A stretch of 64,000 nucleotides of DNA from Adineta vaga (Eukaryota > Animalia > Rotifera). The stretch spans positions 6,944,001 through 7,008,000 of the forward strand of contig CP075492.1 in assembly GCA_021613535.1 (NCBI GenBank), in the 5' to 3' direction. The translations under genes were made by a program, and so were the position numbers. Position 1 is the stretch's first letter; each line of letters starts with the position of its first letter. The notes beneath the pieces are model-generated. The model was not told the origin of the DNA. It ran no database searches and saw nothing but the letters and a program-made list of their open reading frames with translations. Of this stretch, positions 36,264 to 48,900 are shown in pieces.

Positions 36264-38961
36264 CAACAAAGAAAGAATTCTTGACTGAACCTTTTTTGTA
36301 TAATTATTCTTTATTTTCTTTTTATAATCAACTATATTTTTCTTGTTTCTGGACAGCTAGTCACATGAAAATATTCTTTTCTTACTTGTATAGAAACAAA
36401 CCAATATACATATCATGTACGTTTGTCTTCCCATCAGCTGTTCGATTCTTTTTTTTTCATTTACGTAAAACAGATAAATAATATGTGATTTTTGTATATT
36501 TTTGGTACATATTCTCTTTTTCTTTTCGACGTCACATAACACAATGACTACGAGATCGAATGTAGTGCAATATGATTATAATTTATCAACAAATTGCATT
36601 GACACCGACCTAGTCGCATTGGTTCTTCATCTTTTCTTTTCTTCCTCATCAAATAATTGCCAAAGAACAAATTTAAGTTGAATAAAACGTCTCAATATCG
36701 AAGAAGAATACAAAAGACTAATTACATCATCTACAACGATTACGATTAACTAGCTTCGTACAAGTGCCCTTTCCCGACTTCATATCAGAACATTTTGTTT
36801 TGCTTTCTTTCTCTCTCTACGTCTAACGTTCTATCTCCATATTAATGAATATAACGGATATCTATTGAGAAAAGATTTTTACTTACCGACATATGAATGA
36901 TATGAGAAATCATTTCCTTTACAATTCCTCCGAAATAAAAGAAATACATACGGCAGACATCGGGACAGAATATATGAGCAAAGTGGATTGTAACAGAGTA
37001 AAAAGGAAGGAGAGAGAGAGAGAAAAGACAGAGAGGGAGACCGTAAAGAATTCACCATTGCGAGCGTCAATCGAATCGAAAAAAAAGAAAGAAAGAGAAC
37101 GACAACAACAGAGAGTAGCATACCTGTACAGACCATCAGGGCACAGGCGAGCAGCAATTGAAATGAAAAAAAAAAGAAAAATATATATACATACATACAC
37201 ACACGCATACACATCGTCGTAGCGACGACAATAACAACGGCTATGCAAGGTCTAAATGCAAAACTCCTCTTCGTCTTACGCATAATAAAGAAGAAAAAAA
37301 ATACACGAGAACTCGTCTTCATCTTCTTTTTTTCTTTGCTACTGTGCATTGGATAGAGGAAAAAAAGAAAATATCGACATATGTCTATATCTATGCATAG
37401 ATTTCTCATACGTATACACGAGTGTGTAATTCTTTAGCCAGCTCGTGGTATTTATGACATCCATATTTTGCTCAAGGTGTAGGAAAAAAAAAAAGAAAGA
37501 CAAATAATATATAGAGAACGATTACAATAACTAACGATATATACACGTAGAGATATGGATGCATATTCATCTATACTATTGTCTCACCTCAATTAGAGAC
37601 GACAACGAAGTCCAATGATAATTACCTATATGAATATAGACATATATATGTCCAACTTTCTTTCGCATACCTTCCAAACGAATGACTGAGCTTTGTGTAT
37701 GTGTATGTTAAAATGAAATATATTTCATCACTCTCTTTCTCTCCCTCTTCTTCTTCTTCTAATTATACGAACTCTTTCTCTCTCTTTTTTTTCTCCCTCT
37801 CTGTGCTCTATGTATGCACAAACAGACACAACACTTCAACTGTAGCGAGTAGGTAATGAGAAGACTTTAAAAAAAAACTTCTACTACCTCTGAGGAAAGA
37901 CTGTCACATTCGAGTACCTTTCTCTTTCTCTCTCTCTCTCACTCACTTCATAATCAAACAAAGAATGAAAGAAAAGATTGATTTTTTTGCCGCACAGAAA
38001 ATGCCATAACAATAGTTCTGCAGATTTTCTTTTTCTTTTTAAATAGAATTGAACTATGTAAACAAAGTGAACTGAAAGAGTATGTACGTATGTGTCTACC
38101 CACCGTTGTCAATGACACAGAAATAAAATCATTCGTTGAAGAATGTCGATTCTTTTGTTACTCCATATTGAAAACGAAATCATCCATTTCGAAGAAAGCT
38201 CTCGAGAAAAAAGAAAACAAATGCTTCACGAATATTAAATGGAACCATCTTTAACAAAAGAATGAAATAACTGTTGATTTAGAATCGATCTTTCTATAGA
38301 AGTTATTTCGAACAATAAGACAGATAAGCTATTTTATTCATAAGTGTTTATATTTCTTTTTCAATGAAACAAAAAAGAAAAGGATCAAGATAGTTTCTCA
38401 TGATCTACTGATTATAGTTAATAAGAATGAAGTAAAACATTGATATCTACATATATATATATATGTATTCGTTTTGTCGAATATTTCTTATTACAGATTA
38501 AGTTTTATTAAAAAATGAGCAAGATATTCGAAACGTGATTAAGATTAAGATGTAATTTTATACTTTGAGAGTTAGGATTCATATTCTATTTCGTAACAAA
38601 AGAGTCAATAAATGACGAGATTTTTCTTCATTCATAAAGAGAAGAAAATAGACATCCTTTCAAATGAAGCAAAAGAACCTGAACTTTTGTAGTTTTAACA
38701 AACATATAAATATTCTACTGATTATAAATTTATAAAAAAACAAAAATATTTTAGCATATTAATCATTCTTTTGATTGGAATTCAGAGGAATTTAAAACAT
38801 TTGCTTGTTTCCGATACAAATGTTCAGTGTCAGTTTTTATTTCTTTTTTAAGGAATCTTTTTCTAGAGAATCGTTGAACTTCTCTCTTTCCTACATTTTG
38901 CAATAGAAAGTGTCGATTACAAACGTATAGTAATGTCATACTCATACTTTTTATTAACAGC

Positions 38962-40202
38962 ATGCACCAACGCAAGAGAGTTACGATCGACAACGATGAT
39001 GGCGACGTCGATGATGATGATGTTGATGATGACGACGACGAAGAAGGTGTCAAACAGGAGGTTACTAATACAATTGAGAAATTTGTTCAATCTCGTCATG
39101 TACAAACATTAAAGTATCTACGACATGTTATTGATGAAAATCGTCAATTAAGATTACATATTGATCGATTAAAACGATATCAAGATGATCGTTTACCGCC
39201 ACCAGCACCTCCACCTCCACCACCACTACCACCGCCATCACAACCGACGGTGGTTGCTACGGAAGACAATTCAACTGAAACAGATCCATTACCTATTCAA
39301 CAAGAAGAAACTCATATTGAATTCGATGAGAATCTCACTCATGAAATACCAATTCAAACATCAACGGTATTCTGATTTTTGTTTTTGTTCATGTACAGTT
39401 ACATTTATTTTTCTTCTCTTAGGAGCCCTTTTTCAATATAGAACTTGTTGATAAAGCTACGAATACTGAAAAAGATGATACTGAATCACGATACAATTTA
39501 TTAAATGACGAAATAACAAATCTAAAAAAACAATATAATATAAATCGTGAAGAATTTCAACGTGAACTTGATCGTGTTGATACTCAAAACGTACAGTTTG
39601 AAAAAGATCTCAAGTCTACTCAACAACAATTGATTATTGCTCAACGACGTAATCAGGAAAAACAATCAGAAATTCATAATCTTACATCATCACTTGCTGA
39701 TCAACGATTAACGAATGAAGCCTTAACTATTCGAGTGAATAATCTTGACAAAACGAATGAACATTTAACACAATCATTAACTTCATCCGAACGAATTCGA
39801 TTGGATTTAGAAAGTCAAGTAAGAGAATTACGACGAATCTTTCAAGAAGATAAACAAAAGCTATTCGAAATGCAAGTGGAATGTCAACATCATGAACAAC
39901 AAGTACAAATCTCTGAACAAGAGATTACCTCATTAAAACAAAAGCTTGATGAAGAATTTGATAAAAATCAACAATTAAATGATGAAAACGAAGTATTGAA
40001 AGAAAATATCAAATATTTACAAATTCAATTACAAGATAAAATTCTTCAAGAACAAGAAAATAATCGTGAAAGACAATTGAATAGTAATTTTAAAGATTTT
40101 GTTCAAGTAAAACGAACTTTACAACTCTGTCAACAAGAAAATGAACAATTAAAAATTGAAATTAAAAAATTACAATTGAAACTTGTAAATAAAAGTGATT
40201 GA
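38962..40202 (+). CDS. Uncharacterised coiled-coil protein with acidic and poly-Pro N-terminus
   Basis: Two long exons joined by an intron at ~39367-39422, with a heptad-rich E/Q/K/L C-terminal half. The ATG follows an acceptor, so an upstream exon is possible. Confidence 0.7.
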
Positions 40203-40441
40203 TTCTGATATCAAATATCTATTTCTATCGCATGTATGTAAAGGTAAAGCTGATAATGAGAAAAGAACGATAGATGTCGTTAATATTCATTGTTACGTAT
40301 GATTTCACTAATTCGATTGTACGGAAAAGACTCCACTAGTAGAAGAGGCCGTGGATTGATGTGTGATGTATTTTACGTCTTTTGAAAAAAGGTTACTCTA
40401 CAGACAATCACAATCATTAACGATTTGTGTAATAACATACG

Positions 40442-41559
40442 ATGAGTGTTGATACTTCAGCATCACCATCTGCGGAGACTATGCCACGTGAGATGACAGT
40501 TGATGAATATTCACAATTGATTGCTAAATGGCAAGAAGCATACTATACATGGAATACCAGTTGTGTTGCATATCACAAGTAAATTGAAATCATATTGATA
40601 AGATGAGTAAAGTTTTTTTTTGTCATTGATTTAATCATTTAAGTATGATGATGTTCAATACATTTACACAACAATTACCAATACTTACAATGACTGTAAC
40701 CTCAAATCGTTCAGCACCTTTTGATCCTTTAGCAGAAATTCGTAATGGTTAGTTAAATCAAATTTATTTATTTTGACGTTGTTCTTCTTGTTTTCTCAGC
40801 ACGTTTGAAAGTTGCATCAGTTTGGCGGCGGTTTTTAGCTGAAGCAATTGATTTTATTCTATTACATGCATTAAAGTAACTATATCTTTCTTTATTTCTA
40901 TTAAATTCGATTATGAATGTGTGTGTGTGTTTTTTTTTAGAATTCTACTGATCTATTTTCTTTCGAATTATTTACATCTTATTGACGAAACTCGTCTTAC
41001 AGTTAATTATATGCTTTCAAGTTTACTCTACGAAGATACTTTATCATTTCCATTAGAACTTATTTGTATTGAATTTGGATATTTAATTGCATGTATCGCT
41101 TTTGAAGTAAATTATTAGTAAATTTTAATGAATGATCTGAGAGTTTGCTCTTTTAGAGTTTTTGTCTAACACGTTACGGTGCTACACCAGGTAAACGTCT
41201 ACTTCGTTTACGTGTTCTCAAATGTGATCATTTACAAGTACAAGAAAATGGAGATGTTACAATCGAACCTGGTACAATCTTGAACAGTGGAGCGTAAGAT
41301 ATCATCTGCGAGATAATCGAAATTGAGAAGATGATGATGATGTAAATCATCTAATTTCATTTTATTTAAAGTAAATGCTATTTGAACTGATATTATTTGT
41401 TATTTTAGAGCATTGACTCGTTCATCTTTTAAAACTCTTATGTCGACATTTTTATTTCCAGCAGTTATTGTGGCTCTATTAACATCACAAAATCGACAAA
41501 CAAGTTACGACATGGCTGCTAACGCCGTCGTTGTCGAACTTGAACGACGAGATTCGTAA
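40442..41559 (+). CDS. FAM8A1: FAM8A1-like RDD-domain membrane protein
   Basis: EYSQLIAKWQEAYYTW; RDD motifs ASVWRRFLAEAIDF, GATPGKRLLRLRVLKC, ALTRS and RQTSYDMAANAVVV. Six exons, largely missed by the ORF track. Confidence 0.8.
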
Positions 41560-41674
41560 TCGAATTGATCTTAACTTATTTTGTTATAACAATCGTTTAT
41601 TTGTTTTTTTTGTAAATAATAAAACGACATAGGAGGAAAACATATGAAAGATTTGATCGAGTGAATTATTTCAG

Positions 41675-42525
41675 ATGAATAATAATCATTCCAATCCTAC
41701 TGATATTGCTCTATCTACAGTGCATGTTGCTGTTGACGATGATGATGATGATGATGATGATGATGATAGTGAATTAGATGAACCACAAGTAATACCTGCA
41801 GTTAAAGAACAAATCGATCCAGTAAGTTTTTTTTCTTCTATATATGTATTACGATGAATGATATTGAATGTTTTGTATTGATTAGACTCAGTTACAATGG
41901 GCACCATGGATCTGGTACTATACAAAACTGTCTGCGAAAAAAGGTTATGAAGCATGTGATACTGCTGGTGAAAAGCTAGCTTGGTTTTTTGGAATTACTA
42001 AACCGAAATATTATTCAGAAATTCAAGAATATGAACGAATGGATGAAGAAGTATGTTTGACTGAAAATTCATTATTTTGATTGAAGATTATCTCTTTGAA
42101 TCGATAGGAACGAGAAGCATGGCGACAATCTTTTCAAGATATTGAACAAACAAATCAGATCCTTGATACAATCGTAAGTTATAGACGAGATATTGGTTTC
42201 CTTAGGTGGTTATAAATATATCTATATCTATATATATATACATACCTTTTAGAGATAAAAAGTAGGTTGGATTTGCTTTATACTTTCTAACTATTGTTGC
42301 ACGAGATACGACAAATATGTCATGGGTTGCTTTATTTCGCTAATCTTACAAAAGTTTGGTAGCAACTGAATATCTAATGAATAACTTTATTTCTTTTTTT
42401 CATATCTAAAATCATCGGATCACTACTTTATATATACAGATTTGCTTCTTTTTTAATAGGTTACTAATCCACCGCAATCATCGAACATATTTACTATTTC
42501 TCATGAAAATGTTACAAATGCATGA
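41675..42525 (+). CDS. FAM177-family small protein
   Basis: IDP|TQLQWAPWIWYY...ACDTAGEKLAWFFGITKPKYYSEIQEYER matches the FAM177 core (DP..L.W.PY.W...CD..GEK.A...GI..PKY...I.EY). The last exon is tentative. Confidence 0.78.
41737..41767 (+). repeat. (GAT)n coding microsatellite (poly-Asp)
   Basis: About 10 GAT units inside FAM177 exon 1. Confidence 0.85.
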
Positions 42526-42643
42526 ATTATCTATTCTTTTTCTTATACATATATTCTAATAATTAAAATATGCTTTTTTTATTCTTAATAATAATAATAA
42601 TAATAATAAAAAACATTGCGAAAAAAAGCACAACTCGATTTGA

Positions 42644-44163
42644 CTACGAATAGAGATCATAGAATGATGTTAGGGAATATGACGAATTGTTTAATGAAGA
42701 AATGGATTGTTGAATTAAGAAAAATAATCGTTTACTTGATAGTGATGATTGAAATAGAATTAATTCATCAAGAATTAGATAACGTTGAAGAGTTTTCGGT
42801 AAGATTTTATTCCAATGAATTCGTCGATCGATTGATGATTTTGTACATTGACGAATTTTTCGTCGACATAACGCCGAAAGACGTAATGGTGCTTGTTGGC
42901 ATAGGATTAAAATTGTTTTAATCATTTCTCGACGTTGTTTAAATAAATAAATTCGTTGATTTTCAAGTAAATATTTTAACATTTCAACATAGAAACTAAA
43001 CAAAAAAACCGAGCGTTAAGATCTTTTTCAATGTATCTCTTTTTTCCTACCAATTACCACCCATTTCAATCAATGCACAATAAAGTAATAAACCAAATCG
43101 ATTGGTTGATTCTTTATCTTTAATCACTCGTTGTAAATAAAAGAGAATTAATTCTTTATAATTTTCTATATACATGCGTTGAAGAAAATAGATCATATGT
43201 TCAAGATTTTGATTGAAAACAATCAAATTTTGACTAATTAAAAGATTTCCATAAGTTATTTGACAAGACCAATTTGTTTCTTCATAGAATTTCCAACCAA
43301 TTTCTTCTAAATCTCGTCGAGTTCTCATTCGACAATAGAAAATAAAATCAAATAAAGGAAATAGATAGGGTATATTTGGTGTATAACCAACAATTGCTTG
43401 TTTTAATTCATTTTCATTTTCACAAAATTGTTCAAGAAGAAGTTCAACAACATCTAAACGTTCTTGATAGATTTCTATTTCATTTGGATTTGCATACGAA
43501 AGGCAACCAAGTGCATAACGAAATGGTGAATAACCAAGAAGATTTTCAAATTTATAATCAGCTCCATATGTTAACAGAAGTTTAACAATTGATGAAATAC
43601 CACGATAGATTGCATAGAACAGAGGAGTTAAACCAGACATATCGATATGATTAACATTAGCACCTTTCTTGATTAATAAACTAATAAGATCTTCTTCATT
43701 CGAATCAGATAATGTTGTACGATATTCAATAGCATATATCAATGGTGTTTTACCATATCCTATCGATAGACGAAAATAGAACAATATCTTCGAAAACCAG
43801 ATTTGAAATCTTATTCATACGATCAATTAAATTAAGATTTGTAGTATAATTGCATAGAATATCGATGAAAATTTCATCAGCCCAGCCACATGCTCGATGA
43901 AAATCTGTTGCTAAAATTGATCCTGTTCGTCGATTTATATCTACATTGAGTTCCAAGAGAGCAAAAACAGTATCTAAATGTCCATTTATATAAGCTAACC
44001 ATAATGGTGTATTTCCAACTTCATCGGTATCATTTAAATCAGCACCTTCATGAATCATTTGTTCAATTTCATTAGTTCGACCTTCAACACAAGCTTGATG
44101 AACATGTCGAGACATGAATGTCCATGGTAAGAGATCCATATTTGTTTCGTAGAGAAGTTTCAT
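42644..44163 (-). CDS. Ankyrin repeat and SOCS box protein
   Basis: Ankyrin repeats GNTPLWLA, GKTPLIYA, GLTPLFYA and GYSPFRYA; C-terminal SOCS box PLRLSALCRRKIRQ...LPKTLQRYL. Confidence 0.85.
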
Positions 44164-44759
44164 TAAAAAGAAGATAATCGAATAATCGTTTTCGAGAAAA
44201 GAAGAATTAAGGTAATGAACATAAGTAGTAGGATGTAAGAGGGACGAAGTGATTGATTTTGGGAGAAAGTTTTATTGATTGAAGTAGTTAACTCACTCCT
44301 TCCAGGGGGAAAAATTGGAAGATAGAAATTTCGTTTTAGACCGCTTCGTATTTATGTTTATTTTATTTTTGTAACTATGACAGTCGAAATATGATTATTT
44401 ATCAAGCATGAAATATTTTCAATCAATAAACCTCTTTCGATTTCGATAAAATTCAATTCGATTGAGTATCATTACAATTCAATGTTAAAACAATGATTAT
44501 TTCCGCACTATTTCAATCGGCATGATCCCGACACACTTATCCCTACTAGATAGTTATGTCCACTTCAATCGTCGTCGCTGCTTTCCACTCTTCAAAAAAA
44601 TAGAAATCAATCAACCTCGACGCCAATACATCTCATCTCTTCTATCTTCTGCTTGATTTAGACGGATATCCAACTGTGTGATGATTATATTCGCTATCAT
44701 GAACATTGATTAACAAAACTAACTGATATCATTTTGCTATGAAATTTTATTTTCATATT

Positions 44760-45138
44760 TTACAAAAGCCAAATTTTTACATTTTGAATCGGCATGCGTT
44801 TACTTTCATCTATAGATGATGAATGTGTAGTAAATTGCAATCGTCGTTGAGATATAACAATAGGTACTTTACGTTTGATTGTTGACGATCGTCGACGAGT
44901 TTGCTTAGGAGTACTGGAGAATACGGGTGGAGTTAGTAAAGGTTGTTGTTGTTGTCGTATAATTGCATCTGAATAGAGAGAAAAAGAGGACATTTTTCGA
45001 TATAAAATTAAAAAAGTGAAACGAACGTGGAGAATCTTTGTTGAATGAATGTGATTGTTGAATTTCATATGGTGTTGAAGTTGCAATTGGTCGAAATGAT
45101 GTATTTGTTCGATGTTTTAAACATGCTGTCGTATTCAT
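44760..45138 (-). CDS. Small orphan disordered protein (~106 aa, 2 exons)
   Basis: An intron at 44969-45026 joins MNTTACLK...STPYE...DSP to HAIIRQQQQPLLTPPVFSSTPK...RRLQF...VKIWLL* in frame. Confidence 0.6.
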
Positions 45139-45966
45139 TTGTTCAAATAAGAAGAATGTTGGATCTTGTTGTGTATAAAGAATTTTTGTTAATTGTTGAG
45201 AATAACGTCGTTTTGTTATAAACTGTTTTTTCTTCGTTAAAGTCTAGAAAAGAAAATAAGATAAAAATTATTCTCTATACAAATTCTAATCTATTCGAGT
45301 AAGAACAGTCGGAAAATATAATTTATGATGTCACCAACACGTGTGTTTCACACGCTCAATAATGAATGACATAAGATTTGTAATGGATGTTTTAATTGTT
45401 CCTACTCGAAAATTATCTTAATCCATTAAACAATTCCAATATATACATATCGAAAATCGACATGATCAGACTTGTCTGGAAATTAGTTGAAAGTAATCTT
45501 GTTTTATAAATAAATATATTATGTAAATCATTAAGTCAAACCTGTGGTGATGTTTTTCGATTTAGTCGTTGTTGATTAGATCTATTTGTCTTCTTATCCA
45601 TTTTAGAAATGAAAGAAGATAGTGGAAAGAATAGAATTTGTTAAAGAGAAGAAAAGGAAAGGAGAACTTTTTTTTGTTTTTTCCTTTTCTTTTCTTCGAT
45701 GTTTCCAATTGGTGATGAGAAATTCTAATGACGAATGATTTGTCAATTAGAGAAGAAGAAGAAGAAGAGTTAATTTATTGACTTCAATACTGAAGCGGAA
45801 GAATGAAAGAAAGAAAAGGATGATTGAATGTTATTGTTTTTGTTTTTTTACAATCGTTTAAGATGATCAATTAGTTGACATTTGACAAAATTAGAATGTC
45901 TATATTAATGGGTCTTTTATCATCAATATTGATGTTCAGAGAAGAATGAATCTCCTTCGATTATCT

Positions 45967-48900
45967 TTAGAAAAAAAATACACCATCACTTTTAGTACCA
46001 TCTTTCAGTGATTCAAGTCTTTTTCTATACAACAAGAGATCTGGATGATCAATGGATAGAGATCGTTGGCCTATATCGACTGCATGTTGTAAAAAAGCAA
46101 GTGCATTTGTTTGATCACCCATCTTACTGTACACCCAACCAATATCACTATAACAAGTTGCTAGATCGGGATGACTCGAATGGAATGTTTTCTGATAGAT
46201 GCGTAAGGCCTCTTCGTGAACTGAAAGAGCTTTAGCATAATCACCCATGTCAGTATATACTAAACCGATATGATTGTAAGTATCAGCTATATCAGGATGA
46301 ATGGCAGGAAGAGTAGCTTGTTGAATTTCTAAGGCTTTTTGATGAAATGAAAGTGCTTTGGAACAGTCACCTAATTTTCCATAGACTAAACCAATGTTTG
46401 TAAAACAAGTTGCTAGTTCAGGATGATCTGAACGAAGTGTTTTTTCATAGATATTTAATGCATCTTGATAGAAAGAAAGTGCTTTTGTATAATCACCCAT
46501 TTCTGCGTAGACTAGACCAATCCGATTGTATGTGTCGGCAACGTCAGGATGCGTCGAAGAAAATGTTTGCTGTCGAATCTTCAGTGCTATCTCATGTAAT
46601 GAAAGTGCTATGGAATATTCACCCATCTCATCGTAAACTGCTGCACGACAAGTATAGGAAGAAGCTAGATCGGGATGATTAGGTGAAAGAGTTGTTTGAT
46701 AGATTTTTAGAGATTTCTCTTGTATTTCAAGTGCCTTTGAATATTCGCCTATTTCTAAATATACCAAAGCAATATTTTTGTATGTCATAGCAAGATCAGG
46801 ATGATTAGGTGATAGTATATCTTGACGAATTTCGAGTGCTTTCTCATGAAAAGAAAGTGCTTTTATATAATCACCCATTTCTTCATAAACAGATCCAATA
46901 TTGCTATAGGAAGTTGCTAAATCTGGATGATTAGTCGAAAGAGCTATTTGATTAATTTCAATAGCTTTTTCATGAACAGTAAGAGCTTTAGAGTATTCAC
47001 CCATTTCGACATATATTAAACCAATATTATTATAACATGTAGCGAGATCTGGATGATTTTTAGGAAGTGTTTTCCGTGCAATTTCTAATGCTTTTTCATG
47101 AAAAGATAGAGCTGTTGAAAATTCACCAATATCATCATACATTAAACCGGCATTACTATACCACATTGCTAAATCTGGATGATTTGGAGAGAGAATCTTT
47201 TCACCAAGTTCGAGAGCTTTTTTATGATATGAAAGTGCTTTTGAATAATCACCCATTTTATCATAGAGTAATGCATGAGATGAGTAGGATGCCGCTAGAT
47301 CTGGATGATCTGGTGGAAGAGATTTTCGTGCAATTGCATGTGCTTTCTCATGAAATTCAAGTGCTTCGGGATATCGACCCATTTCTTCGTAAACTGAACC
47401 AATATTGTTGTAACACGTAGCAAAATCGGGATGATTGGGAGGTAGAGTCTTTTGATAGATAGCAAGAGCTTTTTCGTGAAAAGAAAGTGCTTTTGTATAT
47501 TCACCCATTTCATCATAAACAAAACCGATATTATTATAGGTCATTGCTAAATCAGGATGATCTTCTGGAAGTGTATCTTGACGAATTTGTAATGCTTTCT
47601 CGTGCACTTCTAATGCTTTATTAAATTCACCCATCTTATTGTATACAACACCGATACTATTATAAGTATCGGCAAGATCTGGATGACTTGAAGGAAGTAG
47701 TTTTTTACGAATTTCAAGTGATTTCTCTGAGAATACAATTGATTGTGTATACTCTCCTTGTTCAAATTTGATAAGTCCGAGTTGACAATAGATATTTCCT
47801 TCTTCCATTTCCTCATTTGTTCTATGTAGTAGAATAGTATATAATTCTTCGGCTTGATTGAATTGTCCTGCTTTCATTAATAATTCACCTAGCCGATAAC
47901 GTCCTGTTGTTCCTTCGATTTCTTCTCGTATTCGTTTAGTTAATGTCAATAATTCTTGATCATTATCGCTTGTTAATATCAATTCTACTTGCCATAAACG
48001 ATCATTATTATCAATTTGTTGAAGTTGACCAATACGAAATATTGAATGCATAGAAAAGAGAATCTCTTCTTCAGCTTGATAATAACTATAATTTGAAATT
48101 GCAGCAAACGGTGTTGATGTTAAAGATGGATCAATTGTCATAACAAATAGAACTCCAACTAAATCTGTTGTAGCAATCGTTTGACGAGCAAAATTCAAAG
48201 AAACATTACAATTTTTACTAGTTGAGAGAAAATTATTAAATGATAATAAGCCATCTTTCGATTTTTGCAATCGATTAAATTGTTTTTCTGACATACCTTG
48301 ACCACGATAGAGAATAAATGAACTGGAAGAATGATCATTACCATACTGTTCAGAATGAAGTTGAGCAATTTGTAAATGTAGATCACGTACAAAGAAACCC
48401 ATTTTGATAATAATATCTAATTCCATTGTACGTAGAGCACGATTGAGCATAGAGAAAAGAAAACATTGATAACTATACCACCATATTGCTGGATGAGAAC
48501 TGTATTCTACTTCAAGTTTAGTAACATTTTCAAATTCAGCAGTATTATCAACGAATACTTCCCGACAATATCGAATGAAATCTTTCAAATAATGTTGTTC
48601 AAAATCCATAGTCAATACAATTTCTTTCAAAATTTGAGTATACATAAATGATTGATCAAGATGATTAGAATTTCGTTCGGTTGTTTCATGACTATTCTCA
48701 ACAAAACTAATTGTAATAGAATTTTGGTCACATAATTGAGCAGCATCTTTAAGAGCTTCACAGATAAGCGAAATTTCCGAGAATATACCTCGAACTTTCT
48801 GCCATTTTGTTATCACATATCTCAGATTTTATTTGATCTATATCAAAGATATAAATTGAACTGACTTGAGACATATTATGTACAAGTGGAATGGTAGTTT

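Noticed and set aside
36879-37409. Three overlapping 109-176 aa ORFs
   Set aside because: They arise from GA/AC/A-rich low-complexity sequence and show no protein-like composition.
11648-41559. Two ERAD genes (AMFR and FAM8A1) in one window
   Set aside because: They are about 27 kb and many unrelated genes apart; likely coincidence.
46050-47700. Regularly spaced repeats as a possible CRISPR-like array
   Set aside because: They are in-frame 126-bp TPR coding units with no repeat-spacer structure, in a eukaryotic context.
46008-48651. Short antisense and alternative-frame ORFs over the ART-TPR gene (and similar ones over other genes)
   Set aside because: They are shadow ORFs of real coding sequence.
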